Source of the DNA: Patescibacteria group bacterium | Lineage (GTDB): Bacteria > Patescibacteriota > Patescibacteriia > SG8-24 > DYFX01 | Length of the DNA: 54,781 nucleotides | Reading direction: 5' to 3' | NCBI GenBank assembly: GCA_038062835.1 | Contig: JBBTWH010000033.1 | Location: 1-54,781 of the forward strand | Shown here: positions 33,750 to 45,300 of the stretch, piece by piece | Position numbering within the stretch: the first letter of the stretch is position 1 | How the letters are laid out: each line of letters opens with the position of its first letter | Program-made: the position numbers and the translations under genes | The notes under the pieces: generated by a model | Told to the model about the DNA's origin: nothing | What the model saw: the letters and a program-made list of their open reading frames with translations, nothing else | The model's database searches: none

Positions 33750-34230
33750 ATCCGAGTTTCTTCAGGATGCGTTTCTGGAGCGGGAACATCTTCTTTTCGT
33801 CCTTGGCGGTCTCATGATCGTGGCCGAGAAGGTGCAGGACGCCGTGGACGAGCATCATGGCGAGCTCGTCACGGACAGCCTTGCCGGCTTCGACGGCCTG
33901 ACGCTTGATCTGCGGCATCGAGATGACGATGTCCCCCAGCAACCCACCCGGCCACACATCGTTGCTTGCCCCGTGACCGCGAAGCGGTTTTACGGGGCCG
34001 AAGGAAAGGACGTCGGTCGTCTTCCGCTTGCCGCGATAGGCGGTATTCAAGGCGATCATCTCCTTATCGGCGACGAAGACCACGCCGACCTCGCCACGTA
34101 AAGCGGCTGTGCCGCCACGTGGCAAGCCTCCTGCCTTGGCGCCCTTGAGCGCCGCTTCCACCGCTTTTTTGACCCAGGCGTCGCTGACCGGCGCCGTCAC
34201 GCGGCGGGCGACGGACACCGTCACCTTCAT
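33742..34230 (-). CDS. ybeY: YbeY endoribonuclease (rRNA maturation factor); start trimmed to ATG 34230
   Basis: HGVLHLLGHDHE zinc-binding motif. ATGA overlap with the upstream gene, and an 8-nt overlap with dgkA. Confidence 0.85.
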   Translation of the reverse strand: MKVTVSVARRVTAPVSDAWVKKAVEAALKGAKAGGLPRGGTAALRGEVGVVFVADKEMIALNTAYRGKRKTTDVLSFGPVKPLRGHGASNDVWPGGLLGDIVISMPQIKRQAVEAGKAVRDELAMMLVHGVLHLLGHDHETAKDEKKMFPLQKRILKKLGYA

Positions 34231-35162
34231 GGCTTCGCGCTGAAACTGTTGACGAACATGACGAACGTCGTCCTGAACATGACCCGAGCGACGCCGCCAT
34301 GCCGCAACTCGTAGATCTTGCCTCCCAATGCGATATAGGCGGTGTCGCCGTCGGGAGTGCGGACGCCTTCGAGCCCGGATTTGGTGGTGAACACCTGCGC
34401 CTCCGAAGGGGAAGCGTCGGGATTCCGCGAAAGATACCAATCAAGCGGCGATTTTCCTTCCGGATTCTCACGTCTCCATACGGCGAAGACCTCATCGCCT
34501 TCGAGTTCGACGTCCAGGACGGTTTCCGCGACGCCCCGACCCGCTACCGACGATGCGGGCATGAGGAGCTCAAAACCGGCGTCCGAAGCATAGGTCTTTA
34601 CCTGACCCGCCTCGATCAGCTTCGTCGGTCGAAAGCCTGCCGGATTGTACAGGTTCGTGACTTCGACCGAATCGGAGAAGCCGTCTTCGTCGGAATCGGA
34701 TTTCTTCGCGTCGGTACGGAAGAGCGCCTCTTCGACCGTCGTCAGACCGTCGCCGTCTTCGTCGGCCGAAGGCGAGGGCGCCGCCGGGACTTCCGGGGTC
34801 GTGGTGGTCGATTCGGGCGGAGGCGCCGGTTCCTGTTCCGACTGAGGTTCAGGTCGCGGTTGCGGCGCGGGAGTCGTCGGCAGCGTAACGGAAGGTCTCG
34901 TGGGAGCGGGCGCAGGCTTCGGCTTCAGGAGATACCACGCGCCGAACCCGAGACCGAAGACGAGCAGGAGCGCGATGACGGGAATGAGGATCCATGCCTT
35001 GCTCCCTTTCTCTTGCGGAGCGGCGGATGGCGCCTGAGCCGCCGGCGCGGCGGACTCCTTCGAGAGCTGCGCCTTCGCCGCCAGACCGTAAAACTGCTCG
35101 GGGATGGTGTAGATCTCCGGATCTTTCGAGGCTCCTGCAAGTCGTATCGGCTGATCGGGCAT
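34227..35162 (-). CDS. Membrane-anchored surface protein with Pro-rich stalk, thrombospondin type-3-like Ca-binding repeats and a C-terminal globular domain
   Basis: 311 aa. TM WILIPVIALLLVFGLGFGAWYLL. PxP-rich linker. DEDGDGLTTVEE and DSDEDGFSDSVE (DxDxDGxxDxxE) motifs. Confidence 0.7.
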   Translation of the reverse strand: MPDQPIRLAGASKDPEIYTIPEQFYGLAAKAQLSKESAAPAAQAPSAAPQEKGSKAWILIPVIALLLVFGLGFGAWYLLKPKPAPAPTRPSVTLPTTPAPQPRPEPQSEQEPAPPPESTTTTPEVPAAPSPSADEDGDGLTTVEEALFRTDAKKSDSDEDGFSDSVEVTNLYNPAGFRPTKLIEAGQVKTYASDAGFELLMPASSVAGRGVAETVLDVELEGDEVFAVWRRENPEGKSPLDWYLSRNPDASPSEAQVFTTKSGLEGVRTPDGDTAYIALGGKIYELRHGGVARVMFRTTFVMFVNSFSAKP

Positions 35163-35173
35163 GGCGAGTGATT

Positions 35174-35761
35174 TTAGCGGGCGGTCGGAATCTCTCCGAG
35201 GCGGCCGTCGCCCTTAGGGTCGTAGAGGTTCTTCACTTCGGCGCCGTCTTTGAAGGTGTCTCCGTCCGTATCCGGGTTCAGCGGATCCGTCTGATAGGTC
35301 TGGACTTCCTCGCGGTCGGAAAGTCCGTCATCGTCCGAATCGACATTCGCCGGGTCGGTACCGAGGCTGACTTCCTGCGCATCCGACAATCCGTCCCTGT
35401 CAGAGTCCGTCTCGTCCGCAGGAGCCGGGGTCGGCTCTGGTTCCGGTTGCGGTTGTGGTTCCGGTATCGGTTCCGGCTGCGTCTCGGGCTGCGTCGCCGC
35501 CGGGACGACAGGAGTCGGCTCGCCTTTTCCGCTGAGCGTCAGGAAGGCGGCGGCGGCACCTCCGCCTACGAGCAGCAGGGCGACGAGGCCGATGACGACA
35601 CGCTTCTTGCCGAAAGGCGCAGACTCGAGGATGACGCCGGAAGCGCCGACGGCAAGCGGCGTCGTGCCGGTCGGCATCTGGCCGGGCGCGAGAGGCTTTT
35701 CCGAAGGGATGTCGGCGAAGATGTCGGCCGGTTCGTCCTTGTCGTCGAAGATGAAGATCAT
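35174..35761 (-). CDS. Membrane-anchored protein with Pro/Glu-rich stalk and four TSP3-like Ca-binding repeats (paralogue of the 34227-35162 repeat region)
   Basis: Start trimmed to MIFIFDDKDEP. TM VVIGLVALLLVGGGAAAAFL. DSDRDGLSDAQE, DSDDDGLSDREE, DTDGDTFKDGAE. Shares the ...V(K/T)NLY(D/N)P motif with its neighbour. Confidence 0.7.
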   Translation of the reverse strand: MIFIFDDKDEPADIFADIPSEKPLAPGQMPTGTTPLAVGASGVILESAPFGKKRVVIGLVALLLVGGGAAAAFLTLSGKGEPTPVVPAATQPETQPEPIPEPQPQPEPEPTPAPADETDSDRDGLSDAQEVSLGTDPANVDSDDDGLSDREEVQTYQTDPLNPDTDGDTFKDGAEVKNLYDPKGDGRLGEIPTAR

Positions 35762-35777
35762 ACTTCCTTTTCTCTGA

Positions 35778-36311
35778 TTATCGTCCGGGCGTCTCGAAGG
35801 CCATCGCGTCAGATTCCCAAACCTTTCCGTCGGCGTCCGTGGCCTTGACACGTACCGCGTAGGTCACGCCTGGGGACAGGCCCGTGAGACGGACCTCCTG
35901 CGTCACGGAGGGCGAGGCGGCGCGCGCCGTGCCGAGCTCGTAGCGCTCCGTCTGGCCATAGGAGACTTCCCCGGTCGAGGGCTTCGACGTCTTCCAGCCG
36001 ATCGTGAGGGATGTCGGCGTCACGTCAGTGGCGACGATGGAGCCGAGGAACCTGTCTTCCTCGCTGCCGCAATCGGACTTGCACCAGGACTCACCTTCCG
36101 AGCAGACGCCGTCACCGCACGGTCCGGCTTGGGCCGGCGACGGCGCTGAGGCGCCTTCTTCGGAAGCCTCATCCGCGCCGTCCGGCGAGACTCCCGCATC
36201 GACCGAGGTCTCGCCGACCAAGGCTCTCGACCTGACGAAGACCACCGCGAAAGCCGCGGCCGCGACCAGGACCGAAGCCGCGCTGATTCCGATGATGAGC
36301 TTCTTCGGCAT
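35778..36311 (-). CDS. Membrane-anchored fibronectin type III domain protein
   Basis: 177 aa. N-terminal anchor, small Cys knot (CGDGVCSEGESWCKSDC), then an FN3-like TPTSLTIGWKTSKPSTGEVSYG...LSPGVTYAVRVKATD. Confidence 0.7.
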   Translation of the reverse strand: MPKKLIIGISAASVLVAAAAFAVVFVRSRALVGETSVDAGVSPDGADEASEEGASAPSPAQAGPCGDGVCSEGESWCKSDCGSEEDRFLGSIVATDVTPTSLTIGWKTSKPSTGEVSYGQTERYELGTARAASPSVTQEVRLTGLSPGVTYAVRVKATDADGKVWESDAMAFETPGR

Positions 36312-36337
36312 ACGGAGGGTCGTTCAGCTGGAGTATA

Positions 36338-39300
36338 TCACAGGGCAGGACCCGTGCCCGGACTCGCGGACCGGCCGATGGTGCAGACGTTGGCGAAGGT
36401 CGTCGCCTGGAGCTTGCCGTAGTAGTAGTCGCTGGAACCCGGGGCTCCGTCCGGCGCTATCTCGATGAAGCGTCCGGGCTGGTCGCCATAGACGATGGAG
36501 TCCCACTTGCCGTAGTGCGCCGTCGGCGCGATGACGAACGTCTCGACCCTGAATCCCGGGTCGCCGCCGCAGCCTGAAATCTCGCAGGCGTTCACCTTGT
36601 CGAAGACCGTGCTTTCGTCCTTCCAATGGCTGTCATCGGAGGTGAGGCAGTGATACGCAGGCCCTGATATCGGATTGCCGCACCTGGGGGGCTCATCGGT
36701 CACGACGACGATATACGGGTGCCCGTCATCGCTCCAGTTGATGCCGTACTTATTGGCGCTGCTGGCCAGCTCGTACACCGAGTCGTACATCGGCTCGTTT
36801 CCGCCTCCATTCGCCAGAAGGGACGAGAAGGCCGTCTGGAAGGCCGCGACGCCGGTCAAGTCGATGACGACGCGCCCCTGAGGACCCGCCGTCTGCAGCG
36901 GCGATCCCGTCGACTGTCCGAAGACGACGAGTCCGAAACGGTGATCGGTACCGGCATAGTTGCCGACGAATCTCGAGATGGCGTCCGAGATGCCGTCGAT
37001 GTAACCCTGCATCGAACCGGAGATGTCGACGGCGAAGACCATGTCGACCTTGGTGTGCAGGTTCGGGTTATCGTTGATGGTGCCGTTGCAGTCGTTGTCG
37101 TACGCGTCGCAGGTCTCGGGATGCGCCGGGATATCGATCTTGCTTCCGTCGCTCGGGTACTTGTACGCGGCGTGCATCGCCGGGTTCGTCGGTCCGCAGT
37201 CGAATTCGTCCGGCACGCCGTCGTTGTCGTCGTCGGGGTCGCAGGCGTTCTTCAGCACGACTGCCGAGCTCGCCGGCGGCTGCTCGTCATAGCGCGGGTC
37301 TCCGGATGCGGAAATCTGGCAGGAGGCGACGCTTCCGCCGGTCGGACAGACGGAGCGGTACGGGCTCGCGGCGCATTCGGCGCTTCCGGCCGGGCATGCC
37401 TCGTCCGCGCCGCCGTAGCGGTCGCTGTTGGCCGTACCTTGGGCGTTGTCGCAGATGCGGCTTTCCGAATCGACGCAGCCTTGCTGGCAGCTGCCGATGG
37501 TGCAGGCGACGAAGCCCGTGATGCGGCCGAACGACTGGTGCTCCGGCTTCGTACTGACGCAGACGAAGCTGTTCGCGAGCCCCTGGTCCTTGTCGCACTG
37601 TTCAGGCCCCGGCGGACTGGCGACCGCGTTCTGGAAGACCTGGTCGCCGCAGAAGCCGCCGGTCAATGTCTTGACGGCGCAGGCGTTGTCGCAATAGTTG
37701 CAGGTCAGGCCGTACTTCGGCAGGCAGAGCACGCCGTTGGCGGCGCCGTTGTCGCATTGCTCGACGCCGGCGCGGACGAACCCGTCATTGCAGACGTTGC
37801 GCTTGCAGGTGGGCAGGCATTCTCCGGTCGTCGAGTTGGCGGTGCCGGCGTCGCACTGTTCCGCGCCTTCCACTTTGCCGTTGCCGCAGGCGCCCGAAGG
37901 CTTGCAGGATGACCAGTCGTCGAACGTGCAGGCCTGCCCCACGCGAGCCGTGGCCGGGAAGCAGCTCTTGGCGCGGGTCTGCGGCAGGCCGCCGGCGGTC
38001 GCGGCGCACAGGGCGCACTTCTTTCCGGCGCCGCAATCGGCGTCCCTCGCGCAGGCTTGGGCCGATCCGGAAATCGTCGCGCCGTCGGACAAGATGGAGG
38101 CCGCGTCGATGCAGACGCCGGAAGCCGCCTGTCGGTTTCCGTCGCAGAGTTCGCCGCCGTTCGTCTCGGCGTCGCCGCAGCGCGGACCGGCTCCGCGGCA
38201 GTCCCAGGCGCACTTCCCGTATTGGCCGTTCTGGGCGCCGTCATCGCAAAGCTCCGGGCCGTTCTTCACGCCGTCTCCGCAGAAGTTCATCCGATCGGTG
38301 CAGACTCGCGAGGGGCCGCACTCGGCATTGGTGTTGCAGACCGGACCGAGGTCGCCGAGGCTGAACGAGGAACGCTTGGCGATGTTGACGCAGCGTTCGA
38401 CGCAGCCGAAGCCGCCGGATCGGCAGCGGCCGTATTGGCCGGTCTGCGATCCGTCGTCGCAGGTCTCTCCGGCGAAGGTCTCGAGCGAACCGTTGCCGCA
38501 AGCGGAGGCTCCGGGGCAGGCCTGGACGATGTTCCATCCCGTGCAGGCATCGTTGCAGGCTTCGCGGCGGGAACCCTGACCGGCTCCGCAAGCGACAGTC
38601 TGGGTCGCGCCGATCTCGCATGTTTCGGAGCCTTCGAGCAGGCCATTGCCGCAGACCGCGGCCGCGGCCGGCCCGAAGAGCGGAACGTTCCTGGGAACGC
38701 AGGCGTCTTCAGGAGCGCAGGTGGACGATTCAGAGCAGGCGACGCCGGTGGCGAGGCACTTGTTCGCGCCGTCCGTGAACAGGCCGGAGCAGGACGAGAC
38801 GGTCGAGATACGCGTCTCGCAAGCGCCCGTACCTGGCCCCGTCGGGAACCATGAACACCCGACGGCGGCCTCGCAGAAGCTCTCGTTCGATTTGGCCGAG
38901 CAATCGGACTGGGTCCAAGGATACGCGGTATATTCCAACCCGACGTTCATGCGATAGTCGTCTCCTCCGATGGCGCGGTACTGGTAGACGTGGGAGGCGG
39001 CCGGGCAAGCGAAGACGGAAGCGCGGTCGTCGTAACAGGTCGCGGATTCGAACTTCACGCGGCAGACGTCGCCGGTGCCGCCCTCGCAGTCGCCGTCGGC
39101 GGCGCAGGCCTTGCGGCTCACGACGCATTCGGACCCGAACGATTCGCAGCGGTTGAAGCGGTTGAGCGGATCGACGATCTCGCCGGCGGCGCCGAGCAGG
39201 CGGCTCCAGGAAGGCCACGAAGACGTCGTGAAGCCGCGGATGAAGCTTCCGGATCCTATTTCCGGATAGGATCCGGAGTCGGCGCGCGCGCTCTCCAAGG

Positions 39301-42300
39301 CCGACTCTATCTCGCGCATATCCTGCCAGCGGCGCATGTCGCGGCGGATCTTATCCTTGTCGGAGTCGCAGGTCAGCCCGGCGGGCGGAGCCTGGAAGGC
39401 GGCGAAGCAGTCGAGGTCGCTGGAGCAGACGGTCGGCGGCGTTTCGGCGCCTCCGGCGCGGGCGATCTGCCCGTCCGGCGTCTTGCAGACGTCGGTCACG
39501 CGATCAGACGGCACCAGGTTCGTATTGAAGCGCACGTTCTTGACGAGCCGATTGAAGATCTCGGCCGTGCGCGCGTCAGCGTTCTCGTTATAGGCGAAGA
39601 CGTACATGTACGAACGCAGTTCCGGATCGCCGTACTTGTCGACGGCGCCGACATACGTCGTGCGGTCGGCCTGAATCGCCATATAGCCGTCGACGGTCGA
39701 GGGCTGGGTCTTTCCCGAGAAGTTCTGCGCTTCATACCACTCCTGCGGCGTCAGGCGGTTCGGGTCGTCATAGGCACGCACGCCGATCACGTCGGAAAGC
39801 TTCCAGACCGGGTCGAAGCGGAAGAACATGTCCTTGGAGAGGCACTGGTCGGCGGCTCCGCAGTCGGCGTCGCTGAAGCAGGACTTCGGCTGTTCGCCGT
39901 CGCGGGTCGTGCGGCAGAAGCGAAGGATGGACGCCCCCGAACCTGATTGTCCTTGCACCGGAGCGGCTAGGAGTTCCGGCAAGGCCGCTCCCGCGTTGTC
40001 GCGGCAGTAGAAGAACTCGAAGTGGGTCGCCGGATCGACGTACGGTCTCCACGCGCCGGTCGCCGGGTCGCGGCGCGGCCAAGGCTGTTCGCAGAGCATC
40101 ACGGTAATCGACGAAATGCCCGCTTTCTCCTTGCCCACGGTCGGAGGAGTCAGGATGATATCGGTCGTGATGCGCGCCGAAGCGACGACCTGTTCGCGGC
40201 CGTTCAGCTCCTTGGAGGCGCGGACCGTGGCGGACGGGTCGGAAGCGGCCGTGAGCGTCAGGAGAGATCCCGGCGGAGCGGCCTCGGGCACGGTGGTCCA
40301 GCTCCATGTCCAGTCATAGACGCCGGCGATCGGAGCGATGGCCTCGAGCTGGCCGGCGCGGTTGGTCATGGCGGTAGCGCTGATCGGAAGCGGGGCGTCG
40401 GCCGTCTGGATCAGTTCCGTGGCCGGATCCACCTCGACGACGTCGAAGTCGCAGATTTCCGCGCCTGTCGTGAAGACCTGGGTCGTGTCGTCGCCGTCCG
40501 GATACCCGACTCCCTTTACGGTCTTGGCGCCGGTGACGCCGCCGCGGACCGTCACGCGATACGTCCGATTCTCGTCGTACAGCTGTTTGGGCGCGAACTT
40601 GGAGACGGTGCGGTTCCCGGCGGGGCCGACATCGACGGCGTGCCTGAACGATCCCTCGACAGGGCTGCAGACGGCCTGCGCCGCGGCTGACGCGCCGACG
40701 AGCGAGCGCAGGAAGCGTCCGGCTGCGGCGAGCGCCCGCGAGAGCCAGTTGCCGTCTTCGGAACGCGCGGCGAGGCCGGCGCACGATTCGACGATGATGC
40801 CGCCCTGGAGCGAACCGACGTTCATCTCCTCGCCGAACGTCACGGTCACGAGAGCGTTGCGGCACTCGTTTCCGCCCTTGGGATCGATGTCGGGCTTGTC
40901 CGGACGCCGGTAGCAGCAGGCGCCGGCGCCGCAGGAAAGCCCCGCTCCGAACGCGCTGCAGTCGCTGTCGTTGCGGCACGCGCACTCGACGCTGACGCCG
41001 CCCTTTCCGGAAACGGAACCGATCGAGGCGGTCACGGAGGCCGCGCAGCTGTTCCTGGCGTCGCACTGATTGAGCGCCTCGACGACCTGAAGCGGATCGA
41101 TGTCGGCATCGAGCGAGCCGGCTTCGCATTCCTCGCCGCCGCCGTTCTGGGCGGACGTGAGCGGATCGGCCGGCTTGACGTTGATGTTCATGTCGCCGCA
41201 GTACGCGCGCAGCGCGGGGTTCGAACCTGTCTTGGTGCAATTCGACGAGCAGCCGGAAGCCGGGTCGCCGTTGGCGGCGCCGGCGTCGCAGCCCTCCCCC
41301 TTCGCGAAGTCGATGGCGCCGTTGCCGCAACAGTCGGCGCCGGACGCGCATGTCGCGGTATTGCCGCGCAGGAGGCAGGACGGACCGCAGGCGAAACCCG
41401 GCCGCGTCGGGTTCTGCTCGTCGCCCGCCCCGAGCGCGATAGGCGCACGGCCGAGGATCAACAGGCTCGTACCCAAACCGGCCGCGCCGAGCTCGTAATC
41501 GCACTGCTCGCCGGGTTCGAGCACGCCGTTTCCGCAGACGTACGCGTCCTGCGAAGACCCATCCAAGGTGCAGCTGGATCCGCAACCGTCGCCGCCGTCC
41601 GTATCGCCGTCGTCGCAAGCTTCGCCCACGCCGACCGAACCGTTGCCGCACGAAGAAAGGCCCGGCGACGAGCCGGTCAGGAGGCAGGCGGCCGTACAGC
41701 CGGAATCCGCGGCACCGTTCTCCGCGGCGGCGTCGCATTCCTCGCCGCGGTCGGCCTGGACGGTACCGTCGCCGCAGCCGTTGGCCTGCGTGTTACCGGT
41801 GCGCAGGCAGCTGGAGTTGCAGCCGTTCAGGTTCGGCGTGTCGCAAGCTTCGCCCGTCTCGATGATGCCGTTGCCGCACTTCGGAGTGCCTGGCGGCTTG
41901 CTGCCTGTCATCACGCAGGAAGACGAGCATCCGGCAGGGAGCGCGGGATTGGTGTTCAGCAGGGCTCCGGGCGGCACGTTCGGCAGGTAGCGGAAGGATA
42001 TCGGGTCGGCCGGGGCCTGCGCCTTGGTCCAGCCCCAGTTGAAGGAACTGGATGCCAGGATCTGGCCATTGGCCGCGCAGGCGTCCGGAGAGCTGCGCGG
42101 CAAGGCGGAGATCTGCGCGACGGCGCCGATGTAGCGGAGCGTCGTCTGCGTCGGCTCGATCTGGATCTTCTGGGGTCCGCATGGATTGGCGCTCTGGCGC
42201 GTACGGAACGTCCAGCTGAAGGCGGCGTTCTCGAAGTTCAAGCCCGTCAGCGGCGCGTCGCTGGTGCTGAGGGCGGAGGCGAGCACCGAGACTCGATAGA

Positions 42301-45300
42301 AGGCGTTCGGCGCGAGTCCAGGGTTGTCGAACGTCAGGAGGCGCGCCGGCGCGTTGTACCGCGGCGCGACAAGCACCTCGCCCTCATACGCCAGGCAGGA
42401 CTCGTTGCGGCAGCGGCGCATCTTCACGTTGCTCAGCACGCTGCCTGATCCGTCGGTCCGCATCGGCGTGTTGAAGTACGCGAACGCGACGGTGTTCACG
42501 CAGGCTTGGTCGCATTCGCGCGGTCCGTAATCCACGACGCGAGGATTGGCGTAATCGATCGTCAATCTTCCGGCGTCGTTGAAGCCGTCGACGGTCGAGC
42601 GGATCTCGATCGGCGGGCCTGGATCGGTTTCGGAAACGGGCGTCGCGACGGCTTCGCACCGTCGCGCGCCGCCGAAATCCGCGACGGTCGCCTTGGCGGC
42701 GTCGGACGAAGTCCAGCTGACGGCTCGTCCTTCGCAGGAGAGGATCACGCAGCGGGCCGAGAGCGGGAAAGCCGCATAGGCTTCGGTCTCGTCCGCTCCG
42801 GCGATGAGCGCGTTCGCCGGCTCGACGTTCAGTCCGGCGATGGCGCAGGGTCCCGCGCCTGTCTTGAAGGCCGTGACGTACGCTCCGCCGCCGCGCGCGT
42901 CGAAGTCGCCATCCAGCTGCTGGGCGGCGCGTTCGACGGTACCGATGCTGCGGACCTGATCGCGGATGGTGAGCCGGAACCAGGTGCCCTGAGCGAGGCC
43001 GCCGATCGGCAGCATCAGCATCGAGCGGCCTTCCGCGTCATAGGCCAAGACCTGGGGGGCGCCGACTCCTGCGACAGGAGCGCAATCAGACGCGACCGCG
43101 GGACCGGAGCCGCAAGATTCGAGTTCTACGTTGTTGGTGTTGAGAGTCGCCGCGTCCATCGGCAGGCTGAAACGGACTGTCATCGCCCCGATGTCCGTGC
43201 AGACGTCCGTCGCCCCCTTGAACGGGTTCGGGCTCGGCATCGTGGACGGCGGCGAGACCTGGCAAGTCGCGTTCTCGATGACGACCGGGAAGACCGGAAT
43301 AGGACCGGTGGAGAACTGCCAGGCGAAACCGCCGGCGGCGGCCGCGGCGCCGCAGGAAGAGCGGCAAGCGCCGTCGTCGCAGCAAGAGCGTCCGCTGCCG
43401 CAGACAGGGTCGCCGCCCGCCTCGCGACAGTCGCGCACCATGAAATTCACGCCGTTCGAATCGAGCGGGCCGGACGCGCCGAAGACGCGGACGCGCGCGG
43501 GTCCGGTGACGGCGCCTTCCGGCACGATCGCCGCGACGTCCGAAGAACGCCACTGTCCGACCGAAGCCGCGTTCGCATCCACGCTGAACCTGACGGCGTC
43601 CGGATGCAGAGTCATGAAGGCCGGCAGGTCGGTCGAGCCGATTTCACCGAAGCCGGCGCCGTAGAGCGAAACGGCGGTGCCGGCAGGTCCGTTGTCGGGG
43701 TCGACGCGGCAGATGCCGGGAGGCAGAGGATCGGTGTTGAGCGTGAAGGATCGCGCGTTCGAGACGCGGCCGTCCGAGCGCGCGACGGTGACGTCGTAGG
43801 CGCCGAGCGTCATTGCGGCATTGGCCGGGGTCGTGAAGCGGGACGGAATCTTGATCGTCACGCTCGCGTCAGTCCAATATCCGGCCGCGCATTGCGCCGG
43901 GAAACTGATGTCGCCGACGGCCTCGCCGGCGGCGTTCTTGAAACGCACGGTGCCGCCGGACCCGAAGTTCGCTCCGAAGACCGTCATATAGGTGCCGACC
44001 GAGCCGTCTTCCGGCGTCAGGAAATCGATGCGAGGTTCCGTGCCGGCCTCCGGAGGCTCCGCGCGGATGCAGCCGGTATTGGAAGACTGTCCGCCGACGA
44101 CCACGCGGACGAGATAGTTCGCGCCGCTCGCGCCCGTCTCGACGTTCGGGACCGTCGGACTGAGCGCCGTCTCGGCCCACGGCGAGACCGTCGCCGCTTC
44201 GGCGGCCTGGCTCCAGTCCTGGATCTGGCTGCAGTCGGCGCCCGCGCGGGCGAACTGGACGCGTGAACCGGCCTGGACGGCGCCGAACGCGCGGCCGGTG
44301 ACGCGGAGAGCCTGTCCCGTCTTGATCGAAGAGGGGGAAATGCCGCAGATGCCCGGACGCGCGGCGTCGTTGACCTGGAAATCGGTGATGATGGGGCCGT
44401 ACGCATCGTTGGTCGCGTCTTTCTTGCCGCCGGAGACGGTGATTTCGACGGGTCCGGTCACGGCGCCTTCTGGCACGGCTACGACGACGCGCCCGCCGGA
44501 CCAGGAGCCTGCGCAAGCGGCGAGGTCGGCCTCCTTGTCATCGGCCGCGTCGGCGGTTCCGACGAAGACGACCTTGCCCGCGAGCGCGCCGAAACGCACG
44601 CCGGTTATGGTCACGAGGTTTCCAGGCTTGCCGTCGCGAAGCTGGACGTCGGTGATCTGCGGACTTTCGGCGCACCGGCCGCTCACGCACTGGCCGGAAA
44701 CGCACTGGGCGTTATCGGCGCAGGTTCCGCCGGTGCAGGCGCCGCAGGAACCGCCGCAGTCGACGGCCGCCTCGTCTCCGTCCTTCACCGCGTTGAAGCA
44801 ATGCTGGGGGCGCACGGTGACGCGCACGTTCGCGGATACCGCCTCGTCGCCGTCGATGTTGATGCCGCGGGCACGAAGCGTCACGGTCTTCACCGGAACG
44901 TACGGCGTCGTGTCGAGGACGGTCTGGCTGGAATATGCGGAAGGCGCGATGGGCTGGGCATTGCCGTCGGCCGAGAAGAACGCCCCGTCGGCGGAATATT
45001 CGACGGCGGCGATGCCGTTCTCGTCGGTCAACAAGGCCTGGATCGGCACGGACTCCCCGGCCGGCACGGATTGGCCGTCGGTCGGGCTGGAGATGGCGAT
45101 CGTCGGCGGCTCCGTCGTCACGGCGTCTCCGGTACGGAAGCTGCGCGTACAGACGGCCCCGAGTCCGCAGGTGACCGTGTTCGCTCCGGAAGCGTTCTTC
45201 AGTCCGGCGCTGACAGTGATCTGGTAATCGGAATTCGGCTCGAGGCAGCGTCGGTCCGCGTTCGGTTCCGGGCAGATCGCGACGGGGCGCAGGCGGATGG

